Source: an uncultured Gammaproteobacteria bacterium (lineage in GTDB: Bacteria > Patescibacteriota > Microgenomatia > CAYSOG01). From it: 64,000 nt of DNA. Positions 1 through 9,334 of this stretch are shown here, in pieces; within the stretch, counting starts at the first letter, position 1, and each line of letters begins with the position of its first letter. The position numbers and the translations under genes are program-made. Below the pieces are notes generated by a model. It saw only the letters and a list, made by a program, of their open reading frames with translations, was not told where the DNA came from and did not search any database. The stretch is from assembly GCA_964432675.1 (NCBI GenBank), contig CAYSOG010000005.1:910-64909 (forward strand). The letters are read 5' to 3'.

Positions 1-3
1 AAT

Positions 4-348
4 GTGTACGATAGCTTCAAATTATTATTTGCTTTCTCTGACAATGCCAAAGCTATAAAGCGCATGGATATTGCCGATAGCAAAATTGTGCAAATGAAAA
101 ATGCAGCCGAAGCCAATAACCCTGACAATGTAAAAAAAGCTGGTGAAAACTACGTGAAACAAATTACCGCTGTTCAAAAAGCTTTAGCTGACAAAAAACT
201 CGACACACAAACGCTGCAAACGTTGAAGTTGCGGGTTCACGATCAAGACGAAGCATTTACTTATCTCTTTTCAATACCAAACGATAAGATCAATCCCCTA
301 CTCCATGATTACTGGTCGCAACTCCAAAACCTAAAGACTTATTTATAA
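4..348 (+). CDS. Hypothetical protein, C-terminal part (ORF open at window edge; upstream start not visible)
   Basis: ORF runs from the window edge with no recognisable motifs. Its 3' end overlaps the stop of the convergent gene by ~10 bp. Confidence 0.35.
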   Translation: MYDSFKLLFAFSDNAKAIKRMDIADSKIVQMKNAAEANNPDNVKKAGENYVKQITAVQKALADKKLDTQTLQTLKLRVHDQDEAFTYLFSIPNDKINPLLHDYWSQLQNLKTYL

Positions 349-1403
349 ACACTTTGCTGCAATAGTAATAATATCTCTTCTTTCTTGCTTTCAGTTACAT
401 CAACAACGACTATTCCCTGCCCTGATTGGCCATATAAAATAACGGCATTAAGCGGTGCCAAAAGTATAAGTGGTAATACTAACAAATCTTCTTCGCCATC
501 GATTAAAAGGTTTGCTTCTTTTGGTTTTTTTTGAGTAGCGGATAGATCATTACTAGTATCATGTGCCAGAATAATTGCCACCTGAATAGTGGTTAATACA
601 TCGATTGCCGCATTACTAATGTGACCTGGCGGATTAATGGCTTTGTAAAAATTTTCTTTGCTAGCCGAAGGTAGAAATAATGATCGCTTTCGTTTATTTT
701 TGTAATCAAATACAGCAAGGTCATAACCCAAACCCGCTTCAATAAAAGAATAAGACACAATATCACCTACAATGTAAATGCATGTTGCCTTTGTTACAAC
801 TGGTTTAACGTCTGCTACTGCTTTTTGTAGGTTGCCCTCAGCGCCGGTAACAATAGCGCCAAGTGGTTCTTGAAGTATTGTCCGGACGGCAACTGTTGGA
901 ATAAACGGGGCGTTTGATTGCATAAACTGCACATACGATAGCCCGTTGCGGTTAATTTCTCCAAAACGAATTCTGGTAGAAGACAAATGTCCCTTATCCG
1001 AGGCGGCGATATAATCTGCAACTACTATGGGTAATACTGAAAGGCCTAACAATTTACGACTACTGTTAACCTCCTTTGCACCAACAACAGTTTGTGATGA
1101 CACAACCAGGGCTTCGATTGACTGGTCGGTTATCGTTGGCCCAAATTTGTCGTGTAAGGGAAGCAGCTTCGCCCTACCTAACCAACCTTCAGCAGATAGA
1201 TAATTTTCTAGCGCGTTACAACGGGTATTGTAATCTTCAATAATATGAGCTAAGCGTTTCTTACGCTGCATAGCTTGCGTGGTAACTCCAATACTGACTT
1301 CTTGGGAAACAGCAAACGCTTTTTGTAAGAGGGCTTTATGACCTATATGAAGGCGGTCAAATGTACCACCAACTGCAACATGGTTAAACGGCAAGGTGTC
1401 CAT
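339..1403 (-). CDS. Archaeal-type phosphopantetheine adenylyltransferase-like nucleotidyltransferase (N-terminal ~160 aa) fused to a ~190-aa C-terminal domain of unknown function (possibly DUF359/GTP-dependent dephospho-CoA kinase-like)
   Basis: The N-terminus has VGGTFDRLHIGHKALL (HxGH cytidylyltransferase motif) and ISSTRIR near the end of the domain, as in archaeal CoaD/PPAT (COG1019). The C-terminal half, around IYIVGDIVSYSFIEAGLGYDLAVFDYKNKR, has no motif I can assign firmly. Confidence 0.55.
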   Translation of the reverse strand: MDTLPFNHVAVGGTFDRLHIGHKALLQKAFAVSQEVSIGVTTQAMQRKKRLAHIIEDYNTRCNALENYLSAEGWLGRAKLLPLHDKFGPTITDQSIEALVVSSQTVVGAKEVNSSRKLLGLSVLPIVVADYIAASDKGHLSSTRIRFGEINRNGLSYVQFMQSNAPFIPTVAVRTILQEPLGAIVTGAEGNLQKAVADVKPVVTKATCIYIVGDIVSYSFIEAGLGYDLAVFDYKNKRKRSLFLPSASKENFYKAINPPGHISNAAIDVLTTIQVAIILAHDTSNDLSATQKKPKEANLLIDGEEDLLVLPLILLAPLNAVILYGQSGQGIVVVDVTESKKEEILLLLQQSVYK

Positions 1404-1452
1404 TTATGTTAAAGCTTACCGCATATGAAGTATTATAAACAAGGCATGGAAT

Positions 1453-1926
1453 TTATTGCACTTTGACTAATTCTATTTCAAATTGCAACGTCGAATTAGC
1501 TGGGATTGGGCCGACTGCTTGTGCACCATAGGCTAAATCTGGTGGAATAATCAATTGCCGTTTGCCACCAACTTTCATTCCTAAAACACCTAAGTCCCAG
1601 CCCTTAATAACTTGGCCTTGACCTAATGTAAAGCTGAATGGCTGGCCATGGTCATACGAACTGTCAAATTTCGTGCCGTTGGTTAGTGTCCCCGTATAAT
1701 TTACGATAACGGTTGCGCCATTGGTCGCTTCAGCACCAGTACCAACGACAATATCTTTGGATTGTAGCCCGCCGGCAGTAGCGCTATTTTGTGGCGACAT
1801 TGATAATCCTCCTTTTGAAATATCATTATTCGTTACTGGCCCGTGTGTTAGATTTTTTAAAATTAAAATCAAGGCTATTACGATAACGAAACCTATTATA
1901 GCGATAATAAGATTTTTATTTTGCAT
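1453..1926 (-). CDS. FKBP-type peptidyl-prolyl cis-trans isomerase with N-terminal membrane anchor
   Basis: The C-terminal domain VIVNYTGTLTNGTKFDSSYDHGQPFSFTLGQGQVIKGWDLGVLGMKVGGKRQLIIPPDLAYG is a canonical FKBP fold signature. The N-terminus has a hydrophobic helix. Confidence 0.85.
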   Translation of the reverse strand: MQNKNLIIAIIGFVIVIALILILKNLTHGPVTNNDISKGGLSMSPQNSATAGGLQSKDIVVGTGAEATNGATVIVNYTGTLTNGTKFDSSYDHGQPFSFTLGQGQVIKGWDLGVLGMKVGGKRQLIIPPDLAYGAQAVGPIPANSTLQFEIELVKVQ

Positions 1927-2083
1927 ACCGCTACTTAGTGTAGTTTAAATTACTAAAGACTGTCAATAATACTGCCTGATGGGCAGAAAGAAGACCACTC
2001 AAGCTCATAAACAATCTTTAATTTTGGTCAATTGGAATTGTTTTATATTTTATCAAAAATAGTATGTGGCTAACTTTTTTGGA

Positions 2084-3319
2084 TTAGAATGCAGACGTGC
2101 CTTTGGGGGTGCCAAGACCAGTTGGGCCGTCATAACCAGCACTTGCATGGCAGAAATTCGAAGGTCTGCCAAAACATCGGCCGTTGTTACCGGCAGTTAC
2201 ATCATGTAAATTAGTGGCATAATTACCTGCAGTATAGGGTAATGATGCTGCTTGGACACCGCTAGGTGTAGCGCCTAGTGCATACACCGCAGCAACAATT
2301 GGAGCAGCCAAGCTAGTACCACCTACCTGAAACCAACCTGTTTGGCCACTATAGGGAACCGTATCATACACCGAAGCACCTGTGTTTGGATCGGCATCAG
2401 CGGAAACATCAGCAATCATGCGGCGAGGACAATTGGTCGGAACGCTATTTTGCCAAGAAGGCTTACCTTCATATGAGCTGCAACCACTTCCGCCACCGCT
2501 CCAGGCACTTTCATAATTGTAGCTGTTGCCAGCATTAATGAATAATGAGGTGCCGCCAACCGCTGTCACATATTGTGATGCGGCAGGATAGCTTGAACCA
2601 TAGCCGTTGTCGCCGGAACTAAAAGTAATAGCAACACCCGGATGATTTAAGTGGCTGTCATACGAAGTTTCTCCATAAAATTCACCTGAACCATATGAAT
2701 TCGAAATAACATTTGCCCCCATGGCGAAAGCTCGATCGACACCGGCCATCAAATTCGAATAACTGTTTGAATCAGCCTCGACGAGTAATATATTACAATT
2801 TTGGCAAATGGCGTGGGCTGCCTGGACATCTAAAGAAATTTCCAAAGCCCAGCCACTATTTGTTCCAGGATAAGCGGTACCACCACGTTGGTCAACTTTT
2901 TGAAAACAAGGCGATAACGTTGAACCTGTCGCAACTGCACAACTGGCCATCGTCGGAATGCCATACTGTGTACTATAGGTATTAAGGTCGCTCAAAGCGT
3001 TTGGGTCATTATAAGCGTCAACAATTGCAATCGTTTTGGTCGTTGGTGAAATTGGATTAATGTTATAGGCAACTGTGAACTGGCCAGGTCCATAGCCAGT
3101 TGGCGAAGTAGTGGTTTGTGGTTTACCCTTCTTGTCAACAACAACTCGTGCATGACAGCGCGGAATGTCAGGATTACCCACAGTACAAACTGGGATATGG
3201 GCTAACGCTTGCTCCGGCAATTCTTGTGCTTGAACTGTTTGGCCAAAGCCTAAGGGAGAAAGTGTAAAAACAGCAGTTATAACTAAATTACCAGCAATTT
3301 TCGCAGCAGATTTTATCAT
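2084..3319 (-). CDS. Secreted subtilase-superfamily peptidase, sedolisin-like (S53/S8)
   Basis: Signal peptide, then IAIVDAYNDP, SSGDNGYG and VGGTSLAAPIVAA (the GGTS-x-AP catalytic-Ser motif of S53/S8). It is a paralog of 17985..19205. Confidence 0.7.
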   Translation of the reverse strand: MIKSAAKIAGNLVITAVFTLSPLGFGQTVQAQELPEQALAHIPVCTVGNPDIPRCHARVVVDKKGKPQTTTSPTGYGPGQFTVAYNINPISPTTKTIAIVDAYNDPNALSDLNTYSTQYGIPTMASCAVATGSTLSPCFQKVDQRGGTAYPGTNSGWALEISLDVQAAHAICQNCNILLVEADSNSYSNLMAGVDRAFAMGANVISNSYGSGEFYGETSYDSHLNHPGVAITFSSGDNGYGSSYPAASQYVTAVGGTSLFINAGNSYNYESAWSGGGSGCSSYEGKPSWQNSVPTNCPRRMIADVSADADPNTGASVYDTVPYSGQTGWFQVGGTSLAAPIVAAVYALGATPSGVQAASLPYTAGNYATNLHDVTAGNNGRCFGRPSNFCHASAGYDGPTGLGTPKGTSAF

Positions 3320-3646
3320 GCAGGTATTTTATAGCACACCATTTTTTCTTTGTCAACAAATCTGCATTAATATAGTATCCAGTCAGATAATTTACCAGCT
3401 GACTATTGATGCGGGTACATTTATACAGTCTGGTTCTAATATGTTACATTTATACAAGCCACTACTACCATATCTATATTAATACTTATAGTTTGTTCGG
3501 CTTACTGCCAGTAATTTAACCAATAATTAAAACTATATTGTGTATGATGGATGCAACCAGGATGGATAATCTGTCGGTATACATTCTTGCGATTGTATTG
3601 TATTATACAGAAAAATATTGCGACTTCCAGCAAGCTATTTTGACCA

Positions 3647-3676
3647 TTTGACAGCAAGCCAAAAAGGTCATATATC
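3647..3676 (+). promoter_or_regulatory. Candidate sigma70-like promoter (TTGACA-17 nt-TATATC) for the glycan-locus operon
   Basis: TTGACAgcaagccaaaaaggtcaTATATC lies in a 420-bp AT-rich intergenic region, ~65 bp upstream of the first ORF of the locus. Visual match only. Confidence 0.2.
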
Positions 3677-3739
3677 TTCATCTAGTAATTAGGATATGAC
3701 ATCATTCATTAGGCCATTAATAAATTTCATATTTTTGCA

Positions 3740-4165
3740 ATGAGTAAAATTATGGGTATTATTTTAGTCAGTTTATGTTTAATTATTATTGGCTATTTTC
3801 TGCTGATATCAAAAAACTTCAATACAGCTCTAGATCGCTTGTCCCTGCTGCCGAAACAGCAATCATTTACCGAGCTCTACTTTCAAGACCCAAACAACTT
3901 GCCACAATCGTACCAGCCAGGTATCCCTTTATCTTTTTCATTTAGCCTCCACAACGAAGAAAATCGTGAAACACAAACACCATTTACTGTTATAGTAACA
4001 AACCACACGGGAACAAAAATTGTTGATCTTAGCACGGCTGTACTAAAACCAAACCAGTCACAATCCTTTACCGAACAAATTACGATCAACGCGCTAGCTA
4101 CACGTTCCGCTGTTAGTGTGAACTTACCTGACAAGAACCAGTCAATACATTTTTGGGTGGACTAA
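3740..4165 (+). CDS. Small membrane-anchored hypothetical protein, first gene of the glycan operon
   Basis: N-terminal TM helix. Its stop overlaps the GT2 start codon (TAAATG), suggesting translational coupling. Confidence 0.45.
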   Translation: MSKIMGIILVSLCLIIIGYFLLISKNFNTALDRLSLLPKQQSFTELYFQDPNNLPQSYQPGIPLSFSFSLHNEENRETQTPFTVIVTNHTGTKIVDLSTAVLKPNQSQSFTEQITINALATRSAVSVNLPDKNQSIHFWVD

Positions 4166-5272
4166 ATGAAAATAAGTATACTCATTCCTTGTTACAATGA
4201 AGAAAATGGCGTTGGCAAAGTAATCGACGGCATACCCTTTGCAATACTTACTAAGCTCGGCTACGAGGTTGAGGTTATTGTCATTAATAATAATTCTACA
4301 GACAAAACTGCTGCTGTCGCTAAACGGAAAAAGGCCCATGTTATCTTTGAACCAAACCTTGGCAAGGGTAATGCTATTAGGGCTGGCTTTAACGCTATTG
4401 CCGACGATACATCATTTGTCGTCATGCTCGACGGGGATAATACCTATGTTGCCAACGAAATTCCGCGTATTATTGAACCGCTTGCGAGTGGTTTTTCTGA
4501 TGTGATTATTGGCTCAAGATTGGGCGGTAAAGTAAAAAAGGGTTCGCTGCGCTTTTTTAATAGAGTATATAACTGGATTTGTATTTTCTTAGTAAGGCAG
4601 ATCTGCCGGGTCAATACTACTGATGTTTTAAGTGGTTATTTTGGTTGGCGCAAAGAGGTAATTGATAAATTAAAACCACATATTACTTCCAAGGGTTTTG
4701 CTATAGAAATGGAAATGATGATGAAAATAGCTAAAATGGGATATGAGATTTATGCTGTACCAATTACTTATAACCATCGCGAAGGCAAGTCAAAAATTAA
4801 TCCAATACTAGATAGTCTCCGGATTTTGATTATGTTTTTTGAAAGCTTATTTTGGTCACCGAAATACGGTGGATTCAAACCGGTTGTCACAATCCGTAAA
4901 GCCTATGCCCGAAATAACATATTAAAAAACTCAAGACAACTTAAAAAGATTAAATTATCACGATTATCTAATGTAAACCTTGCGCAAAAACATGCCGTTG
5001 GATACAAAACACAAAAAAATCTCTCGGCATCCCCTACTTCAAGAAACCTAGCTGTGCACTATGCTAAACCTCGATCGAGACAACTAGCAAGCCGTCAAGT
5101 CGCTTATATCGGTTCGAATAATTTTGCTACTACACTTACTTCCCTTCAATCAACGGACTATCCGGCAGCCCAGCAAAAGCATAGACAAAATGAGCCCTTC
5201 CCTGGCAAAATAAATCTTGAAAAAAATCCAAACTATCCGGCGGTGCCAACAGGCGAGACGCCGAAAGAATGA
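4166..5272 (+). CDS. Glycosyltransferase family 2 (dolichyl/polyprenyl-phosphate sugar transferase-like) with low-complexity C-terminal extension
   Basis: ISILIPCYNEE, NNNSTDKT, LDGDNTY (DxD) and the overall GT2 DPM1-like arrangement. The last ~130 aa are low-complexity. Confidence 0.8.
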   Translation: MKISILIPCYNEENGVGKVIDGIPFAILTKLGYEVEVIVINNNSTDKTAAVAKRKKAHVIFEPNLGKGNAIRAGFNAIADDTSFVVMLDGDNTYVANEIPRIIEPLASGFSDVIIGSRLGGKVKKGSLRFFNRVYNWICIFLVRQICRVNTTDVLSGYFGWRKEVIDKLKPHITSKGFAIEMEMMMKIAKMGYEIYAVPITYNHREGKSKINPILDSLRILIMFFESLFWSPKYGGFKPVVTIRKAYARNNILKNSRQLKKIKLSRLSNVNLAQKHAVGYKTQKNLSASPTSRNLAVHYAKPRSRQLASRQVAYIGSNNFATTLTSLQSTDYPAAQQKHRQNEPFPGKINLEKNPNYPAVPTGETPKE

Positions 5273-5322
5273 TAGTGCCTATTAAACCCACTGTTCCAAT
5301 TACTCAATAAGGTGCATATATT

Positions 5323-6444
5323 ATGAAAGTGGCTGTTGTTACTGATGCAATCTACCCGTACCATAAGGGCGGGAAAGAAAAGAGGATCTACGAGATTACA
5401 ACTCGTCTCGCCCGAAAAGGCTACCATGTCGATATTTACTGTATGAATTGGTGGCACGGCAAAACTGAAAAAGTTGAAAATGGTGTCTTCCTGCATGCGA
5501 TCACAAATTACCATCCATTATATGGCAAAACTCACAGGTCGATTTCACAGGCAATTTTTTTTACCTTTGGTTGCTTTAAACTTATGATGCACGACTTTGA
5601 CGTCATTGAGGTAGACCATATGCCACATCTTATTCTTTTTCCTTTAAAACTGGTTTGCCTTTTAAAACGAAAGCCACTCCTCGTCACCTGGAATGAAGTT
5701 TGGGGAAGAGCGTATTGGGTATCTTATATGGGTATATTAGGCAACATTGCATATTTTATTGAACTCGCAAGTGTCCAAACAGCTAGTAAAATTATTGCTA
5801 TTTCAGCCCATACCGCCAAAAAGCTACGACAAGAATTACATTACACAAAGGAGATCGTAATTATCCCAAATGGTATTGACCTTGCCGCTATACAAAAAGT
5901 AAAACCCGCCAAAATAAAGTCTGATATTATTTTCGCCGGAAGGCTTTTACACCATAAACAGGTTGATCTTTTATTACGGTCAATAGCGTTACTTACAAAG
6001 AACTACCCAAAAATTAGCTGCGTTATTATAGGACAAGGGCCAGAAAAAAAGCGATTAATAACATTAGCCAAGTCGCTTACTATATCAGAGAATGTCCACT
6101 TCATGCCGCCCGTTGAAAGCCAATACCGACTTTATGCATTATTTAAATCTGCAAAGCTATTTGTCTTACCATCAAACCGTGAAGGTTTTAGCATTGTCGT
6201 TTTGGAAGCCAATGCTTGTGGCCTGCCAGTTATTACCATCAACCACAAGGACAACGCGGCTCAAGACTTAATAAAAAAGAACCAGAGCAACGGACTTATT
6301 AGTAACGCCAATGAACTTTCGATTGCAAAGTCCATAATCAAGTTACTTCGTAATCCTATTAGTCAAAAAAATTGCATAAAAGTCGCCAGTAATTATGATT
6401 GGAATACTATTACCCCACAGGTAGAGACAGCGTACAATACATGA
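5323..6444 (+). CDS. Glycosyltransferase family 4
   Basis: FAGRLLHHKQVDLLL and EGFSIVVLEANACGLPVI (GT4 EX7E region). Confidence 0.8.
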   Translation: MKVAVVTDAIYPYHKGGKEKRIYEITTRLARKGYHVDIYCMNWWHGKTEKVENGVFLHAITNYHPLYGKTHRSISQAIFFTFGCFKLMMHDFDVIEVDHMPHLILFPLKLVCLLKRKPLLVTWNEVWGRAYWVSYMGILGNIAYFIELASVQTASKIIAISAHTAKKLRQELHYTKEIVIIPNGIDLAAIQKVKPAKIKSDIIFAGRLLHHKQVDLLLRSIALLTKNYPKISCVIIGQGPEKKRLITLAKSLTISENVHFMPPVESQYRLYALFKSAKLFVLPSNREGFSIVVLEANACGLPVITINHKDNAAQDLIKKNQSNGLISNANELSIAKSIIKLLRNPISQKNCIKVASNYDWNTITPQVETAYNT

Positions 6445-7130
6445 AAAAGCAAATTCTCGTTACAACTAGTTGGGACGATGGCCATATCCTTGATGTAAAA
6501 CTTGCCGCCCTCTTACAGCGGTACGGCATACGTGGGACTTTCTATATAGCACCAAAACATCGGGAATTTTCGAAAGCTAACTTGCTTTCGAAGCATGATA
6601 TTAACGAAATAGGAAAATTTTTTGAAATTGGCGCTCACACGATGACACATCCCCATCTTACAAAAATACCAAATGTCATGGCCGCCCGTGAAATTAATCA
6701 GTCAAAGCACTTTTTGGAACAAACAGTAGGCAACCACATTGATTCATTTTGCTATCCATATGGTGCTTACAATGACAAAATAGCAAGCCTTGTTGCAACT
6801 TCAGGATTTCGCATAGCCCGAACAACAAAGCGAACTGTTTTTTTCTCAACCAATAACCCTTATGCTTTACCAACAACAGTGCATGCTTATACCCATCGAC
6901 AGGATCTTTTTAACATCAGCTTACTCTTACGTTACAAAACAATTACCTGGGATGCCCTAGCAAAAAGGCAATTCGATATTATAGCTGAAACAGGTGGCGT
7001 ATATCATTTATGGGGACATTCTTGGGAAATTGAGAAGTTTAATGGTTGGAACCGGTTGGAAAATGTTCTATACTATATTGCCAATCATAGACATGCTGCC
7101 CATATCACCAATGCTGACCTTCCATTATGA
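6441..7130 (+). CDS. Polysaccharide deacetylase (CE4/NodB-like)
   Basis: TSWDDGH (motif 1 variant), HTMTHPHL (H-x-x-x-H motif 2) and CYPYGAYN (motif 3). ATGA start/stop overlap with the upstream GT4. Confidence 0.65.
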   Translation: MKKQILVTTSWDDGHILDVKLAALLQRYGIRGTFYIAPKHREFSKANLLSKHDINEIGKFFEIGAHTMTHPHLTKIPNVMAAREINQSKHFLEQTVGNHIDSFCYPYGAYNDKIASLVATSGFRIARTTKRTVFFSTNNPYALPTTVHAYTHRQDLFNISLLLRYKTITWDALAKRQFDIIAETGGVYHLWGHSWEIEKFNGWNRLENVLYYIANHRHAAHITNADLPL

Positions 7131-8227
7131 AACGGCAAAAGAAAAAGCTTCTTATTGTTACACCATACTTTTATCCGCAACCGGGAGGTTTGGAAAATTA
7201 TGCGTACAATGTTGCTCGATTGTTACATAAAAACTATAACTGGAATATTGTTATTGCCACGACGAAACAGCGTGGCTATCGAAAAGAAGAGAGTATTGCC
7301 GGCATGAAGGTGTATCGAATGCCGATATTATTTACTATTTCTCATACGCCGATACATCCACTTTGGTATTTTTCATTACGATCTATCATTCATAAAGAAA
7401 AACCAGATCTTATTAATGTCCATACGCCGGTCCCGTTTATCGCTGACATTACGGCAAATATAGCTTCCAATATACCACTTGTTGTCACCTACCATACTGG
7501 CACTATGAAGAAAGGCCACTTAGTTTTTGATGGCATTATAGATCTCTATGAAAAGTATTTTTTACCGCTAATGCTAAATCGAGCTAATAAAATAATTTGT
7601 TCCTCCAGCTTTGTAAAAAAAAGCATGATGCGGCACTACGCTGCAAAAGCAGTTATTATTAATCCTGGTGTTGACACAACAATTTTTAAACCAAGAAAAA
7701 AAGTAACGCGTGCTAAAAAGATAGTTCTTTTTATTGGACAAAAAGCGACACTCCATACTATGAAAGGCCTTCCAGTTTTGCTAGCAGCGATGCGGCAAGT
7801 CCCCAATGCTACACTGCAAGTAATTGGCCAAGAGCCGACACTAAAAGCCGAAAACCTTCATTATATAGGTATTAAAACTGGAAAAAAATTAGCCGCTGCA
7901 ATGCAACTTGCCTCGGTACTCGTTTTACCATCACTTGCTAATGTCGAAAGCTTCGGGATGGTATTAATTGAGGCAATGGCATGTAAAATTCCGGTTATTG
8001 GCAGCAATAGTGGCGGTATAACCGAAATTATCGACCAGGGTAAAAATGGATTATTGGTAAAACCAAATAGCGTAAAAGCACTATCAGCTGCATTACGAAA
8101 AATACTTTATAACGAGACACTAGCCACCTCATTAGCAGAGAACGGTTTTCGGAAAATTCAACAACAATTTACCTGGGAAAAACAAGCCAAGCGTACCCAT
8201 GAAGTTTTAATTTCCTGCCTCGGATAA
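7127..8227 (+). CDS. Glycosyltransferase family 4
   Basis: ESFGMVLIEAMACKIPVIGSNSGG is a GT4 signature. It overlaps the previous gene by 4 bp. Confidence 0.8.
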   Translation: MKRQKKKLLIVTPYFYPQPGGLENYAYNVARLLHKNYNWNIVIATTKQRGYRKEESIAGMKVYRMPILFTISHTPIHPLWYFSLRSIIHKEKPDLINVHTPVPFIADITANIASNIPLVVTYHTGTMKKGHLVFDGIIDLYEKYFLPLMLNRANKIICSSSFVKKSMMRHYAAKAVIINPGVDTTIFKPRKKVTRAKKIVLFIGQKATLHTMKGLPVLLAAMRQVPNATLQVIGQEPTLKAENLHYIGIKTGKKLAAAMQLASVLVLPSLANVESFGMVLIEAMACKIPVIGSNSGGITEIIDQGKNGLLVKPNSVKALSAALRKILYNETLATSLAENGFRKIQQQFTWEKQAKRTHEVLISCLG

Positions 8228-8233
8228 TATTAC

Positions 8234-9334
8234 ATGGAAAAACCAACTATTGTGCAAGTAACACCGTATTATCCTCCACATTTAGGTGGCATGGAAAACT
8301 GTGTTATGGAAGTTACTAAAAATTTACATACCATAAAATATCCTGTTATGGTTTATACATCAGCAATTGGCAAACGAATGAAACATCAGTCAAAACAATC
8401 GTTTCCTATTCATTATCTTTGGTCATTCGAATTCGCCCATACACCAATTATGCCTTCCCTTTTTTTCCACTTGTTAAAAGTGCCAAAAGGTTCAATTCTT
8501 CATTTACATATTGCCCAAGCATTTACACCAGAAGTTGTATATCTTGCAGCAAAAATTAAACAACTTCCCTATATTGCCCACGTTCACCTTGATGTTGCCC
8601 CTTCAGGATTTTTCGGATTTTTGTTATTACCATACAAAAAAATTATTTTACGGCATGTTTTACAACAAGCTACTAAAATTATTTGTTTGACTGAAACCCA
8701 AAAACAGACATTGAAACACCAATATGATCTACCGGAATATAAACTTTGTGTTATTCCAAATGGTGTTGGTAAAGAATATTTTTTGAAACGATTAAATATT
8801 AAAAATGATAAGGTTGCCCATGTTCTTTTCGTAGGACGCCTCGTTGCCCAAAAAAATCTGCCTTTGTTATTAGAAGCCGCAAAACAATTAGGCAATAAGA
8901 TACAGATTGACATTGTCGGGAAAGGAGAACTTGAAAACGACTTAAAAGGTTTAATAATAAAGTATGGTTTAAATAATGTCAGACTGCACGGTCCGAAGTT
9001 TGGCAAAGACCTGCGAGCATACTACCAAAAGGCTGATTTGTTTATACTACCTTCATATAAAGAAGGTTTATCATTAGCACTGCTTGAAGCGATGGCAGCT
9101 GGTCTGCCTGTTGTTGCTGTTTCATCAGAAGGCATGCAGAATATCTTGGGTAATGGCGGCATTCTCGTTAAAAAACCGACTGCCAATAACCTAGCATCAG
9201 CACTGCAAAAGCTTGTATCAGATACCCAATTACGAAGGCAATTATCTCGAAATGCAAAAAAAATTGCAGAAAAATACAATTGGCAAACTACAACAAATCA
9301 TATTTCGCAGGTTTATCAAGAGATTAATATATGA
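8234..9334 (+). CDS. Glycosyltransferase family 4
   Basis: FVGRLVAQKNLPLLLEA and EGLSLALLEAMAAGLPVVAV. Confidence 0.8.
   Translation: MEKPTIVQVTPYYPPHLGGMENCVMEVTKNLHTIKYPVMVYTSAIGKRMKHQSKQSFPIHYLWSFEFAHTPIMPSLFFHLLKVPKGSILHLHIAQAFTPEVVYLAAKIKQLPYIAHVHLDVAPSGFFGFLLLPYKKIILRHVLQQATKIICLTETQKQTLKHQYDLPEYKLCVIPNGVGKEYFLKRLNIKNDKVAHVLFVGRLVAQKNLPLLLEAAKQLGNKIQIDIVGKGELENDLKGLIIKYGLNNVRLHGPKFGKDLRAYYQKADLFILPSYKEGLSLALLEAMAAGLPVVAVSSEGMQNILGNGGILVKKPTANNLASALQKLVSDTQLRRQLSRNAKKIAEKYNWQTTTNHISQVYQEINI

Noticed and set aside
815-1021. 68-aa minus-strand ORF nested in 339..1403
   Set aside because: It is in a different frame inside a motif-supported CDS, so it is not independent.
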